From assembly GCF_000284455.1 (NCBI RefSeq), contig NC_017039.1, positions 1,080,001-1,112,000 on the forward strand: a stretch of 32,000 bases of DNA. Reading direction: 5' to 3'. Positions 22,538 to 31,439 of this stretch are shown one piece after another. Both the position numbers and the translations under genes were made by a program. This DNA comes from Synechocystis sp. PCC 6803 substr. PCC-P (GTDB taxonomy: Bacteria; Cyanobacteriota; Cyanobacteriia; Cyanobacteriales; Microcystaceae). Each line of letters opens with the position of its first letter. Within the stretch, counting starts at the first letter, position 1. The notes under the pieces are model-generated. The model worked only from the letters and a program-made list of their open reading frames with translations. It did no database searches and was not told the origin of the DNA.

Positions 22538-24313
22538 CTATCCTTTGGACACCGGGGGTAATGCACCGGAATAAATCAGTCCTTTTTGGGCATCGATGGT
22601 GACAATGGCTCCATCTCGAATCTTTTGGGTAGCGCCTTTAAAACCCACAATGACCGGCACCCCCAGCCGCAAACCAATAATGGCCGCATGGCTAGTCAGG
22701 CTTTCTTCTTCGGTGATAATGCCCGCCGCCCGTCGCATCATGTCCACACAATCAGCGTTGGTAGAGGGAACTACTAAAATTTCTCCCTGGGTAAATTGGG
22801 CGATCGCCTGGGGACGACTGGCAACCCTGGCCCGGCCACTTACAGCTCCTTGGCCAATACCTACACCCCGACCAAGAATGGCCTTGACCACTTCCACTTT
22901 GATTAAATCCGTCGAACCGGCAACTCCCTGCAATGTCCCGGCGGTCATCACCACCAAATCTCCATCCCGGAGAAAATGGTTTTCCTGGGCCACGTTAATG
23001 GCGGCTTGGAACGTTTGGCTGGTGGAAGGTAAATCCAATACCAACAGGGGCTTAACTCCCCACACCAACTGCAACTGACGGGACACATCCACATGGGGCG
23101 TAACGGCCAGAATGGGGGTTTTGGGGCGGAACTTTGACACATGGCGGGCGGTGGATCCGGTCTTAGTCAAAGACATAATAGCCGCCGCGTTGAGGGTTTC
23201 CGCAATCTGGCTAACGGCGCTGGAAATAGCATTGGGAATAGAAGTGCGACTGGCTTCCGCTTGGGAAGGATTGATATCTTCCTGTTCAATGCGCTCCGCA
23301 ATTTTGGCCATAATAGCCACTGCTTCCACGGGAAATTTACCGATCGCCGTTTCGTTGGAGAGCATCACCGCATCGGTACCATCGAGGATGGCATTGGCCA
23401 CGTCGGACACTTCAGCCCTAGTAGGTCGGGGGCTGTTGACCATACTGTCCAACATTTGGGTAGCAGTAATGACAGGAATGCCCAACCGGTTAGCAGTGGC
23501 AATGAGTTTCTTTTGCAAAATAGGTACATCTTCTGCGGGTAGTTCTACCCCCAAGTCCCCCCGGGCCACCATGACACCGTCACATTTTTCCAGCACCGCC
23601 TGCATATCCTTAATCGCTTCGTGCTTCTCAATTTTGGCGATTACCGGCACGGATTTCCCTGCCGCCGCAATTAACCCCTTAATCTCATCAATATCCTGGG
23701 GATTACGAACAAAACTCAGGGCCACCCAGTCCACCCCTTGGTCCAGCCCGAACATCAAATCTTCCTTATCTTTATCGGTCATGGCCTTAACGGAAAGGCA
23801 GACCCCGGGAAAATTAACCCCTTTATTGCTGGAAAGGGTTCCCCCCACAATCACCCGACAGTGGAGATCCCGGGCAACAGTGTCCACTTCCTCCACCAAC
23901 ATTTCCAGTTTGCCGTCGTCGAGCAAAATTCTTGCCCCAGAAGGTACTTCGTCGGCTAAATATTCGTAGCTAATGGAACTAATGGTTTCCGTACATTCCA
24001 CCGGGCGACTGGTGAGGGTATAGGGATCACCGTTTTTGAGTTGCACAGAGCCGGCATCATTGAGAAATTTGCCCACCCGAATCTTTGGCCCCTGTAAATC
24101 CTGGAGAATGCCCACTGGTTGGTTCAGTTCAAAGGCAATCTGGCGAATCAAACGGATACTTTGTTGGTGGTAAGCGTGGTCTCCGTGGGAAAAATTGAGG
24201 CGGAAAGTGGTAGCACCGGCTTGGATCAGTTGTCTCAGCACTTCCTTGCTTTGGGTCGCGGGGCCAATGGTAGCGACGATTTTGGTACGACGGGGAAGGG
24301 GAGACGTTTGCAT
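22538..24313 (-). CDS. pyk: Pyruvate kinase with C-terminal PEP-utilising-enzyme-like extension
   Basis: 591 aa; TKIVATIGPAT, FRLNFSHG, VMVARGDLGVELP, ITATQMLDSM. The C-terminal ILVVPSTNADCVDMMRRAAGIITEEESLTSHAAIIG extension is typical of long pyruvate kinases. Confidence 0.96.
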   Translation of the reverse strand: MQTSPLPRRTKIVATIGPATQSKEVLRQLIQAGATTFRLNFSHGDHAYHQQSIRLIRQIAFELNQPVGILQDLQGPKIRVGKFLNDAGSVQLKNGDPYTLTSRPVECTETISSISYEYLADEVPSGARILLDDGKLEMLVEEVDTVARDLHCRVIVGGTLSSNKGVNFPGVCLSVKAMTDKDKEDLMFGLDQGVDWVALSFVRNPQDIDEIKGLIAAAGKSVPVIAKIEKHEAIKDMQAVLEKCDGVMVARGDLGVELPAEDVPILQKKLIATANRLGIPVITATQMLDSMVNSPRPTRAEVSDVANAILDGTDAVMLSNETAIGKFPVEAVAIMAKIAERIEQEDINPSQAEASRTSIPNAISSAVSQIAETLNAAAIMSLTKTGSTARHVSKFRPKTPILAVTPHVDVSRQLQLVWGVKPLLVLDLPSTSQTFQAAINVAQENHFLRDGDLVVMTAGTLQGVAGSTDLIKVEVVKAILGRGVGIGQGAVSGRARVASRPQAIAQFTQGEILVVPSTNADCVDMMRRAAGIITEEESLTSHAAIIGLRLGVPVIVGFKGATQKIRDGAIVTIDAQKGLIYSGALPPVSKG

Positions 24314-24500
24314 AATGGGCTGAAATTAGGGGCAGTTAAATATAATAGTTAAGGCCGTCTGCTTTTAAGCGGTGTTAGGGAAATATTCTCATTATCCGCC
24401 ACGATCGCCGTTTCAGTTGCATCGGCTTACAGGGCCAACGATGGTAGGCTGGGCTTTGGGCAATTTTTCCCAATAGTCTGCACAGTTTGATGGGTTTGCT

Positions 24501-24902
24501 ATGAATGCTTCCGCTCAGTTGACGTTGTTAAAGGATTACAGTCGTTTAGAAATCCGTATTCCCCAGAATGACCAGGAAAGGGAAGATTTACGCCAAGCCA
24601 TTGTCTGGATTTGTGGCCAGAGTGAAGCGGAAAATTTTGGCATTTGTGCCGACGACCAAGCTAGTGCGGAAAATGCTTTGGGGCAATATCTACAGGGGTT
24701 GGATTACGGAGAGGCGATCGCCATGGAACCAGGTAAAACCATTGAAGGGCCAGTGTATTTGAAATGCCAGAGCCAATCCCTGCGCTTTTATCTCGACAGT
24801 TATGACGGGGATTATCGGGGAGTATTAATTTCCTGTCAGGCGGAGGATGATACCTTAGCGGGAACCTACGGTTATTTTCCGCTGGATTTGTTTGCCGGTT
24901 GA
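24501..24902 (+). CDS. Conserved cyanobacterial hypothetical protein (DUF1824-like)
   Basis: 133 aa; GICADDQASAENALGQYLQGLDYG and GPVYLKCQSQSLRFYLDSYDGDYRGVLISCQ. Confidence 0.65.
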   Translation: MNASAQLTLLKDYSRLEIRIPQNDQEREDLRQAIVWICGQSEAENFGICADDQASAENALGQYLQGLDYGEAIAMEPGKTIEGPVYLKCQSQSLRFYLDSYDGDYRGVLISCQAEDDTLAGTYGYFPLDLFAG

Positions 24903-24986
24903 GCTGAATTTAGGAACCCTGGCAAAACTCCCATCCCCAAGAATTTGTTTGAAAAGTTTTATTTTGCTCCCTAAATTTCCTCGCTA

Positions 24987-25209
24987 AGAGCATGTTTGGA
25001 AAGTTGAGTTTTGGCTGTTTAATCCCCCCTAGCCCCCCTTGGGAAGGGGGGAATTGTCGCAAAAGTCCCCTTTTTTAAAGGGGATTTAGGGGGATAAATA
25101 CCTAGCCTTGCACTTTTCAAACACTTTCTAAAGCTCCGGCAATACTGGGGGAATTTTACTTAACTTCCCCCCAAACTTGGGGGCCAGGGGGGCTTTTGAA
25201 ACACGCTCT
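24987..25209. repeat. Composite MITE-like repeat with related terminal inverted motifs
   Basis: Left AGAGCATGTTTGGAAAG (24987-25003), internal CTTTTCAAACACTTTCT (25113-25129) and right CTTTTGAAACACGCTCT (25193-25209). The second and third are inverted relatives of the first. Internal C/G-rich palindromic tracts. Confidence 0.7.
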
Positions 25210-25284
25210 AAAGGTGAGTTACCGAGTCCACTTTCCCGTCATTGTTGAAACTGTTCCTCACTTTTCTCGCTGGGGAGGGAAGCC

Positions 25285-25800
25285 CTAATCAAATAAACGG
25301 AAATAGGGATAGCGCTTGGGAATACCCTTTTCCTTTTCCAGATCAAAGTTAATTACCTGCCAACAATCGTCCGCTGTACCTGGGGCACTGAATTCCACTG
25401 GTAAACCGTAAAGACGAGGCAGAGGACTATCCTTATCTTCGGGATTGCGCCAGCTACCTTGCCGTTGCAGATAAACGCTGACTAGATCGTAGTAACGGTG
25501 GGCGATGATGACCTTGGTGGCCCGGTAACCTTCCGTGTAGAGCCGGTCCAAGGCTTCGTGAATTTCAAAGCGGATACCGTCGGGGTGGGTGTGTTGCCGG
25601 TACCATTCCCCCTGCCATAGCCGCCAGTGGCGACCCGATTGCAAATGGACTAAATCCTCTGTGTCGGGGTTAACTTCAAAGGCTCCATGGCGATTACAAA
25701 GGTAAGTGTCCGTCAGGGTCAAGGCCGGAATAGTTTGCCGACAGTGGGGGCACTGGATTTCTGGGCCGAAAAGGGGATACTGTAAACCGAGATTTTGCAT
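25285..25800 (-). CDS. Conserved cyanobacterial hypothetical protein (TIGR02652-like)
   Basis: 171 aa; N-terminal zinc-ribbon-like CPHCRQTIPALTLTDTYLCNRHGAFEV, conserved GRHWRLWQGEWYRQHTHPDGIRFEIHEALDRLY. Confidence 0.7.
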   Translation of the reverse strand: MQNLGLQYPLFGPEIQCPHCRQTIPALTLTDTYLCNRHGAFEVNPDTEDLVHLQSGRHWRLWQGEWYRQHTHPDGIRFEIHEALDRLYTEGYRATKVIIAHRYYDLVSVYLQRQGSWRNPEDKDSPLPRLYGLPVEFSAPGTADDCWQVINFDLEKEKGIPKRYPYFRLFD

Positions 25801-25920
25801 GGAAAACCGTTGAAATGGGCGGTTAAAGCAGAGGCCCCCACATTATAACCAAGGGATCTTTTCCTGGGTTTCTGGCTTAAACTGAGGCTGACCATCATTT
25901 TTTTCCCCCGGCGATCGCCT

Positions 25921-27423
25921 ATGTTAGACGCCCTCGACCTTTCCCTTAATCTGGACAAACAGAGTTACAAGGAACAGTTGGAAGATTTAATGCAACAGTT
26001 GCGGAGTCTACAACAGTCCTGTTGGGAAGAAAAAATTCCGGTGATTATTGTTTTGGAAGGTTGGGCCGCCGCCGGTAAGGGTACATTGCTGAAGAAAATT
26101 GTTAACTATATGGACCCGAGGGGATTTTCCGTTAATCCCATCTTTGCGGCCAATGAACAGGAGAGGATGTATCCCTTTCTTTGGCGTTTTTGGCAAAAGC
26201 TTCCCCCCAAGGGGAGTTTGGGCTTTTTCTATCATAGTTGGTACACCAATTGTCTAGAGGAGCGGTTATTTGGTCGTATTCCTGCCGTCCAGGCTCCCTT
26301 AGTAATGCGGGATATCAACGCTTTTGAGCGTCAGTTAGTGGAAGACGGAGCGGCGATCGCCAAATTTTGGGTACATATCAGTCAAAAAGAATTAAAAAAA
26401 CGTCTGAAAAAGTACGAAGCTGACGAGCTAGAAATGTGGCGGGTGCGGCCAGAAGATTGGCAACAGGAAAAACGCTACCAGGAATACTCCAGTCTAGTGG
26501 AGGAAATGCTCACCTACACCAGCACTGGCTATGGTCCCTGGACTCTGGTGGAAGGGGATTGTGAACGGTGGTCCAGGGTAAAAGTACTTTCCCAACTGGT
26601 GGCGGTAATCGTCCAAGCCCTAGACCAAAAACGGGCCAAGGCCAACGCCAAAATTGAACCCATCCCTCCCCAAAAAGAATTGCTCCCCACTGAGCCCAAT
26701 TTCCTGGCCAAGGTGGATTTGAGTGTGCAACTGAGCAAGGATGACTATCGGCAACGGTTGCGGGACAGCCAGATTGAATTGCGTAAACTACAGGCGAAGA
26801 TTTACCAAGAAAAAGTGCCAGTAATTGCCCTGTTTGAAGGTTGGGATGCCGCCGGAAAGGGAGGAGCGATCAAACGTTTAACCGACACCTTGGACCCCCG
26901 CAGTTACCAGGTCAACACCTTTGCCGCCCCCACGGAGGAAGAAGCCCAATTCCATTACCTCTGGCGCTTTTGGCGTCGTATTCCCCCCGGCGGGAAAATC
27001 AGTATTTTTGACCGCAGTTGGTACGGTCGGGTGATGGTGGAAAGAGTAGAAGGTTTTGCGAGGGAAAAGGAATGGTTACGGGCTTACCGGGAAATCAATG
27101 AGTTGGAGGCGGAATTGACAGCGGAAGGCTATGTGGTGGTGAAATTTTTCCTCCATATCAGCCCCGAAGAACAATTGGCCCGGTTTGAAGAACGGCAAAA
27201 CAATCCCTTCAAGCAATATAAACTCACGGATGAAGACTGGCGCAATCGGGAGAAATGGCCTCTCTATGACGTTGCCGTGAATCAGATGATTGCCCGCACC
27301 AACACCCCCGTCGCTCCCTGGACAGTGGTGCCTGCCAACGATAAATATTTCGCTCGGGTCCAAGTGATTCAAACGGTGGTAGATGCAGTGAAAATGGAAC
27401 TCAAACGCCGGGGCAAGGATTAA
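25921..27423 (+). CDS. Two-domain PPK2 (polyphosphate:AMP phosphotransferase-like)
   Basis: 500 aa, duplicated PPK2 domain: EGWAAAGKGTLLKKIVNYMDPRGF / EGWDAAGKGGAIKRLTDTLDPRSY; SWYTNCLEERL / DRSWYGRVMVERVEG. Confidence 0.92.
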   Translation: MLDALDLSLNLDKQSYKEQLEDLMQQLRSLQQSCWEEKIPVIIVLEGWAAAGKGTLLKKIVNYMDPRGFSVNPIFAANEQERMYPFLWRFWQKLPPKGSLGFFYHSWYTNCLEERLFGRIPAVQAPLVMRDINAFERQLVEDGAAIAKFWVHISQKELKKRLKKYEADELEMWRVRPEDWQQEKRYQEYSSLVEEMLTYTSTGYGPWTLVEGDCERWSRVKVLSQLVAVIVQALDQKRAKANAKIEPIPPQKELLPTEPNFLAKVDLSVQLSKDDYRQRLRDSQIELRKLQAKIYQEKVPVIALFEGWDAAGKGGAIKRLTDTLDPRSYQVNTFAAPTEEEAQFHYLWRFWRRIPPGGKISIFDRSWYGRVMVERVEGFAREKEWLRAYREINELEAELTAEGYVVVKFFLHISPEEQLARFEERQNNPFKQYKLTDEDWRNREKWPLYDVAVNQMIARTNTPVAPWTVVPANDKYFARVQVIQTVVDAVKMELKRRGKD

Positions 27424-27496
27424 CCTCTCCTGGCACCTCTGCCCACCGTGATAAAATGCCCTTTAATTTGATCCAGACCCCTAACCCCATATTGCC

Positions 27497-28585
27497 GTGG
27501 TTCTAGCATCTTCCCGTCCCCCTTCCCCCACCAATTCCCCGGCCGATCGCCAGGGGACTTTGCAAGCCTGGTTAACAGGTCTCAGTCAGCGCATTATTGA
27601 CGGCGATCGCCTAACCCGGGAAGAAGCATTACAGTTGGCGGCGATCGAGGGGGAAGAGAATATTCTTTTGCTCTGTGAAGCAGCCAATCGCATTCGGGAA
27701 GCCTGCTGTGGCAATGTGGTGGATCTGTGTAGCATCATCAATGTTAAATCCGGTAACTGCTCGGAAAACTGCGGCTTTTGCTCCCAGTCTAGTCACCATC
27801 CCGACCCCAATTCCCCCATTTACGGTCTGAAAACGGAAGCAGAAATTTTAGAACAGGCCAGGGCGGCAGCGGCGGCGGGAGCTAAACGCTTTTGCTTAGT
27901 TAGTCAGGGTCGGGGCCCCAAATACCATAGCCCCAAGGATCGAGAATTTGAGCAGATCCTGGCCACAGTGCGGCAAATTATCCAGGAAACCAACATCAAG
28001 CCCTGTTGCGCGTTGGGGGAAGTGACCCCGGAACAGGCCCAGCAATTGAAGGAAGCTGGGGTGACTCGTTATAACCATAACTTGGAAGCATCCGCTACCT
28101 ATTACGACAAAATTGTCAGCACCCACACCTGGCAAGACCGGGTAGATACGGTGAAAAACCTTAAGGCAGCGGGCATTCAAGCTTGCACTGGCGGCATTTT
28201 AGGCATGGGAGAAACCTGGGAAGACCGCATTGATCTAGCTTTGGCTCTGCGGGAACTGGAAGTGGAATCCGTGCCCCTGAATCTACTCAATCCCCGCCCC
28301 GGTACTCCTTTGGGGGAACAACAAAAGTTAAATCCCTACGATGCCCTCAAGGCGATCGCCATTTTCCGGTTTATTTTGCCCCAACAAATTATTCGCTATG
28401 CTGGGGGCCGGGAAGCGGTGATGGGAGAATTACAGGATTTAGGGCTAAAAGCGGGCATTAACGCTATGCTAGTGGGCCATTATTTAACTACCCTGGGCCA
28501 GCCTCCCGAACGGGATCAAAAATTATTGGCATCCCTTGGCCTCGAAGGGGGAGAGGCCCCTATCCCCGGTGAATACCAATCCTGA
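27497..28585 (+). CDS. bioB: Biotin synthase
   Basis: 362 aa radical SAM; VKSGNCSENCGFCSQSSHHP, CLVSQGRGP, YNHNLEAS, GMGETWEDR, AGGREAVMG. GTG start. Confidence 0.96.
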   Translation: MVLASSRPPSPTNSPADRQGTLQAWLTGLSQRIIDGDRLTREEALQLAAIEGEENILLLCEAANRIREACCGNVVDLCSIINVKSGNCSENCGFCSQSSHHPDPNSPIYGLKTEAEILEQARAAAAAGAKRFCLVSQGRGPKYHSPKDREFEQILATVRQIIQETNIKPCCALGEVTPEQAQQLKEAGVTRYNHNLEASATYYDKIVSTHTWQDRVDTVKNLKAAGIQACTGGILGMGETWEDRIDLALALRELEVESVPLNLLNPRPGTPLGEQQKLNPYDALKAIAIFRFILPQQIIRYAGGREAVMGELQDLGLKAGINAMLVGHYLTTLGQPPERDQKLLASLGLEGGEAPIPGEYQS

Positions 28586-28601
28586 ACCTGACCTGGACCT
28601 T

Positions 28602-29222
28602 GTGACGGAGGAGATTGAACTCCCCAAGCCTTCCCTGCTAGCAGAAGTCCTGTTGGCGATCGCCGGACTGCTGTTGACTGTTTTCTGTACGTTCGTGCAG
28701 GTATTTGCCACCAATCCCCCTTGGCAATGGTGGGAGGATGGCATTTATTCCAATCCCCTGGGCACAACCTACCAGGTGGGGGCCGTATTGCTCACCGCCT
28801 GTTTGGGAGGGGCTAGAGCCGGGGCGATCGCCCAGTTAGGTTACATTATGCTGGGCCTAGCTTGGTTGCCAATTTTTGCCCATGGCGGCGGCTGGGACTA
28901 CTGGCAACAGCCCACCTTTGGCTACCTATTAGGTTTCATTCCGGGAGCTTGGGTCTGTGGTTGGTTAGCCTACCGTTCCCAAACCAAAATTGAAACCCTG
29001 GCCCTAGGTTGCCTAGTCGGTTTGGGAGTCATCCACGGTGCGGGTATAGTTTATCTAGGCATGATGGCTGTGTTGAAACTGGGTAATCCCCCCATTCTGT
29101 CCCTGGCAGACCTGCCCCAAGCTTTGCTGACTTTTTCCCTCATGGCATTGCCCGGCCAGATTATTCTGGTCTGTCTGACTGCTGTGCTGGCCTACTTTTT
29201 GCGGAGAATTTTATTCTATTGA
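28602..29222 (+). CDS. bioY: BioY-family biotin transporter substrate-binding component
   Basis: The tracked ORF begins at a TTG (28536) inside bioB. An in-frame GTG at 28602 avoids the overlap. Motifs GTTYQVGAVLLTACLGGARAGAIAQLGYIMLGLAWLPIF and PTFGYLLGFIPGAWVCGWL. Confidence 0.85.
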   Translation: MTEEIELPKPSLLAEVLLAIAGLLLTVFCTFVQVFATNPPWQWWEDGIYSNPLGTTYQVGAVLLTACLGGARAGAIAQLGYIMLGLAWLPIFAHGGGWDYWQQPTFGYLLGFIPGAWVCGWLAYRSQTKIETLALGCLVGLGVIHGAGIVYLGMMAVLKLGNPPILSLADLPQALLTFSLMALPGQIILVCLTAVLAYFLRRILFY

Positions 29223-29707
29223 TGGCCCGGTCTTTTTCCCTCGCTAAAAACCCCCTCTTCTGGCAAGTGGCGATCGCCGGCATTATCCTGGATCAGCTCA
29301 GTAAACTTTGGGTGAGTCAGGCCATGGACCCCGTGGGCACCACTTGGCCGTTGTGGTCTGGAGTGTTCCATTTCACCTATGTGCTCAATACCGGGGCAGC
29401 GTTCAGTGCTTTTCGGGGCGGGGCTGGCTGGTTAAAATGGCTTTCCCTCGCAGTAAGCGTCGGCCTAATTATCTTTGCCGGCAAAGTTCCCCTCCGCAAG
29501 TTAGAACAGTTGGGTTACGGTTGCATTCTAGCGGGGGCGGTGGGCAATGGCATTGACCGTTTTTTATTCGGTCATGTAATCGACTTTTTGGATTTTCGCC
29601 TGATTAATTTCCCCATTTTCAACCTGGCCGATGTTTCCATTAACATTGGCATTGCCGCCCTGCTCTGGGCCAGTTTTTTCCCAGTTTCTTCCCGCAAGGT
29701 TGATTAA
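29222..29707 (+). CDS. lspA: Lipoprotein signal peptidase (signal peptidase II)
   Basis: Motifs ILDQLSKLWV, YVLNTGAAFSAF, GAVGNGIDRFLFGHVIDFLDF, FPIFNLADVSINIG. ATG at 29222 overlaps the bioY TGA. Confidence 0.95.
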   Translation: MARSFSLAKNPLFWQVAIAGIILDQLSKLWVSQAMDPVGTTWPLWSGVFHFTYVLNTGAAFSAFRGGAGWLKWLSLAVSVGLIIFAGKVPLRKLEQLGYGCILAGAVGNGIDRFLFGHVIDFLDFRLINFPIFNLADVSINIGIAALLWASFFPVSSRKVD

Positions 29708-29874
29708 AACTTAAAGCAACTGCCAGAGACGACCGCCTATAAATCAGTGGTTTGAGTCTCAATGAAGATTAGCGTTAGGATCGAAAGGATGGGAGTCTTA
29801 ACTTTCCTGCTGGATTCCCATGAGTTACATCAGCCCTTTCAGAATGAAATACATAAACTTATACAAGTCAAGCT

Positions 29875-31299
29875 TTATGATCGAGTTTCTCTAATGTTAA
29901 GCCCTTTATAGAGACTTTGATGGATATAAACAGAACCTACCGCTGGAAGCAGTAAATCTGCATCTTCACAACGAAACCTAGCAGTTCCGGCATTACCAAG
30001 CCTAACACCAATGATTGATGCATCAAAGAGACGCATCATTAGCTCTCGTGAACTGTATTTTTCGCAGAGACTTTTAGCCTTCTCTTCAAGAAGAGCGAGA
30101 AATTCATCGACGGAATCATAACGATGTTGCGTTTGTCGCAACGATTCGACAAGATCACCGAAGTAAGGGAAAAGACGACGATATTCTTGCTTAAGATCTT
30201 CCACCTTCCAGCTACTGTATCGTTCTTCAGATTCCCTAATAGTATCTTTAGACACTTCTATTGCATCACTAGCTGATCTTTTCTGGCACTCTTGAAGAAA
30301 CTGAATTACTTCTCGTGGCCTCAAGAAAGTGCGTTTTACTATGTAATTAAAAGGTGCAATACCACCACGCATATCTCCCTCCTCAAATATCTCATCAACA
30401 GATATATTATTAGGAAGTCGAGCATTGATCATATCTTTTAAAAGTTCTGGACTCCAAATTATTTCTTCTTCGATTGCTCTATGCTTATCTTTGTCATCAA
30501 ATTGAAGACCTTGATAAATATCTGACCGAAGAAAAGTAATCACATGAATACCTTTTCCTGTAGCCAATGAATATTTATCATTTATTTCTTTAGTTGCTTT
30601 AAGAAGTCCAATCATTAAACTTTTTGATACCTCTGAACCATCCCATGAGTCATCGAGGCGATCTATCGCAACTATAACACCAAGGTCATTACATACGGCA
30701 TTTATCGCGTCGAGGAGCAAATCAATAACTTGAGGCGTTAACATTTGTTGCTGCTTGTCACGTTCGAATCCAATACCAAACCCAAAAGCTTCAAGATTGA
30801 ATGCGTTCAAGCCTTTTAGTAATGTCCTTACAGTATTTGTTGGTGTTGGTGCATTCTCGCCAAAGTTATTTGTAACAAATTTACAGATACGATCTAATGC
30901 CTTCCGAGCATTTTCGTCAAGCCTTTCAGGAGACACGTCTAACAAGACTGCTGAGGCATCAACTGCAATAGTAAATTTCCAAGCATTAGTATGAGCCTGT
31001 TCTAAAAGTAAGCCTTGCTCTTGGTAATCTTTCATTGCCCCCCAAGCATATTGATCTGGTGTCATTAAGCTTACTCGAACACTTTCTTTGTAGCGTTCCG
31101 TAGCCAATCGCAAGAGTTGAGTAAAGATTGCAGACTTTCCAGCTCCCTTTCGACCAAGAAAATGGGCACTACGAAAACGAAGAGATTGGTCTACCTGTGG
31201 TGTACTAATGAAGTAGTCCGCTAACCTCCGGTCAGCTTCTGCATCAACTGTGCCAAAATCTAAATCTTTAATAGTAAGACCTTTATCGGATAATTTCAT
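29875..31299 (-). CDS. P-loop ATPase resembling the Sll1717-type family; possible defence-associated regulator
   Basis: 474 aa; DLDFGTVDAEADRRLADYFI, Walker A FLGRKGAGKSAIF, Walker B GVIVAIDRLDDSWDG, downstream FLRPREVIQFLQECQKR. Confidence 0.75.
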   Translation of the reverse strand: MKLSDKGLTIKDLDFGTVDAEADRRLADYFISTPQVDQSLRFRSAHFLGRKGAGKSAIFTQLLRLATERYKESVRVSLMTPDQYAWGAMKDYQEQGLLLEQAHTNAWKFTIAVDASAVLLDVSPERLDENARKALDRICKFVTNNFGENAPTPTNTVRTLLKGLNAFNLEAFGFGIGFERDKQQQMLTPQVIDLLLDAINAVCNDLGVIVAIDRLDDSWDGSEVSKSLMIGLLKATKEINDKYSLATGKGIHVITFLRSDIYQGLQFDDKDKHRAIEEEIIWSPELLKDMINARLPNNISVDEIFEEGDMRGGIAPFNYIVKRTFLRPREVIQFLQECQKRSASDAIEVSKDTIRESEERYSSWKVEDLKQEYRRLFPYFGDLVESLRQTQHRYDSVDEFLALLEEKAKSLCEKYSSRELMMRLFDASIIGVRLGNAGTARFRCEDADLLLPAVGSVYIHQSLYKGLNIRETRS

Positions 31300-31439
31300 A
31301 TTGATTTCACTGAAAAATTGAAGAATTTACTGTCTTTGTAAGTGGTGCCCGCCGCATAACGCCAAGAGTCAGAAGCAGGTCGAAGTCTATGAAAAGACAG
31401 ATCGCGGCTGCTCTCGTCTTCTACATCTTGATATTAGCT

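Noticed and set aside
22586-23969. Long plus-strand ORFs (22596..23078, 23112..23969, 285 aa) opposite pyruvate kinase.
   Set aside because: Antisense shadow ORFs of the high-confidence pyk gene; composition is biased (Ser/Thr-rich) with no domain pattern.
30755-30994. Plus-strand 79 aa ORF within the ATPase gene as a possible nested toxin/antitoxin.
   Set aside because: It overlaps the conserved P-loop ATPase coding sequence antisense and lacks any toxin/antitoxin-like motif.
31360-31400. GCCCGCCGCATAACGCC looked reminiscent of an integron attC end.
   Set aside because: It departs from the RYYYAAC core (GCATAAC), there is no matching GTTRRRY partner with conserved spacing, and no integrase or cassette array is visible.
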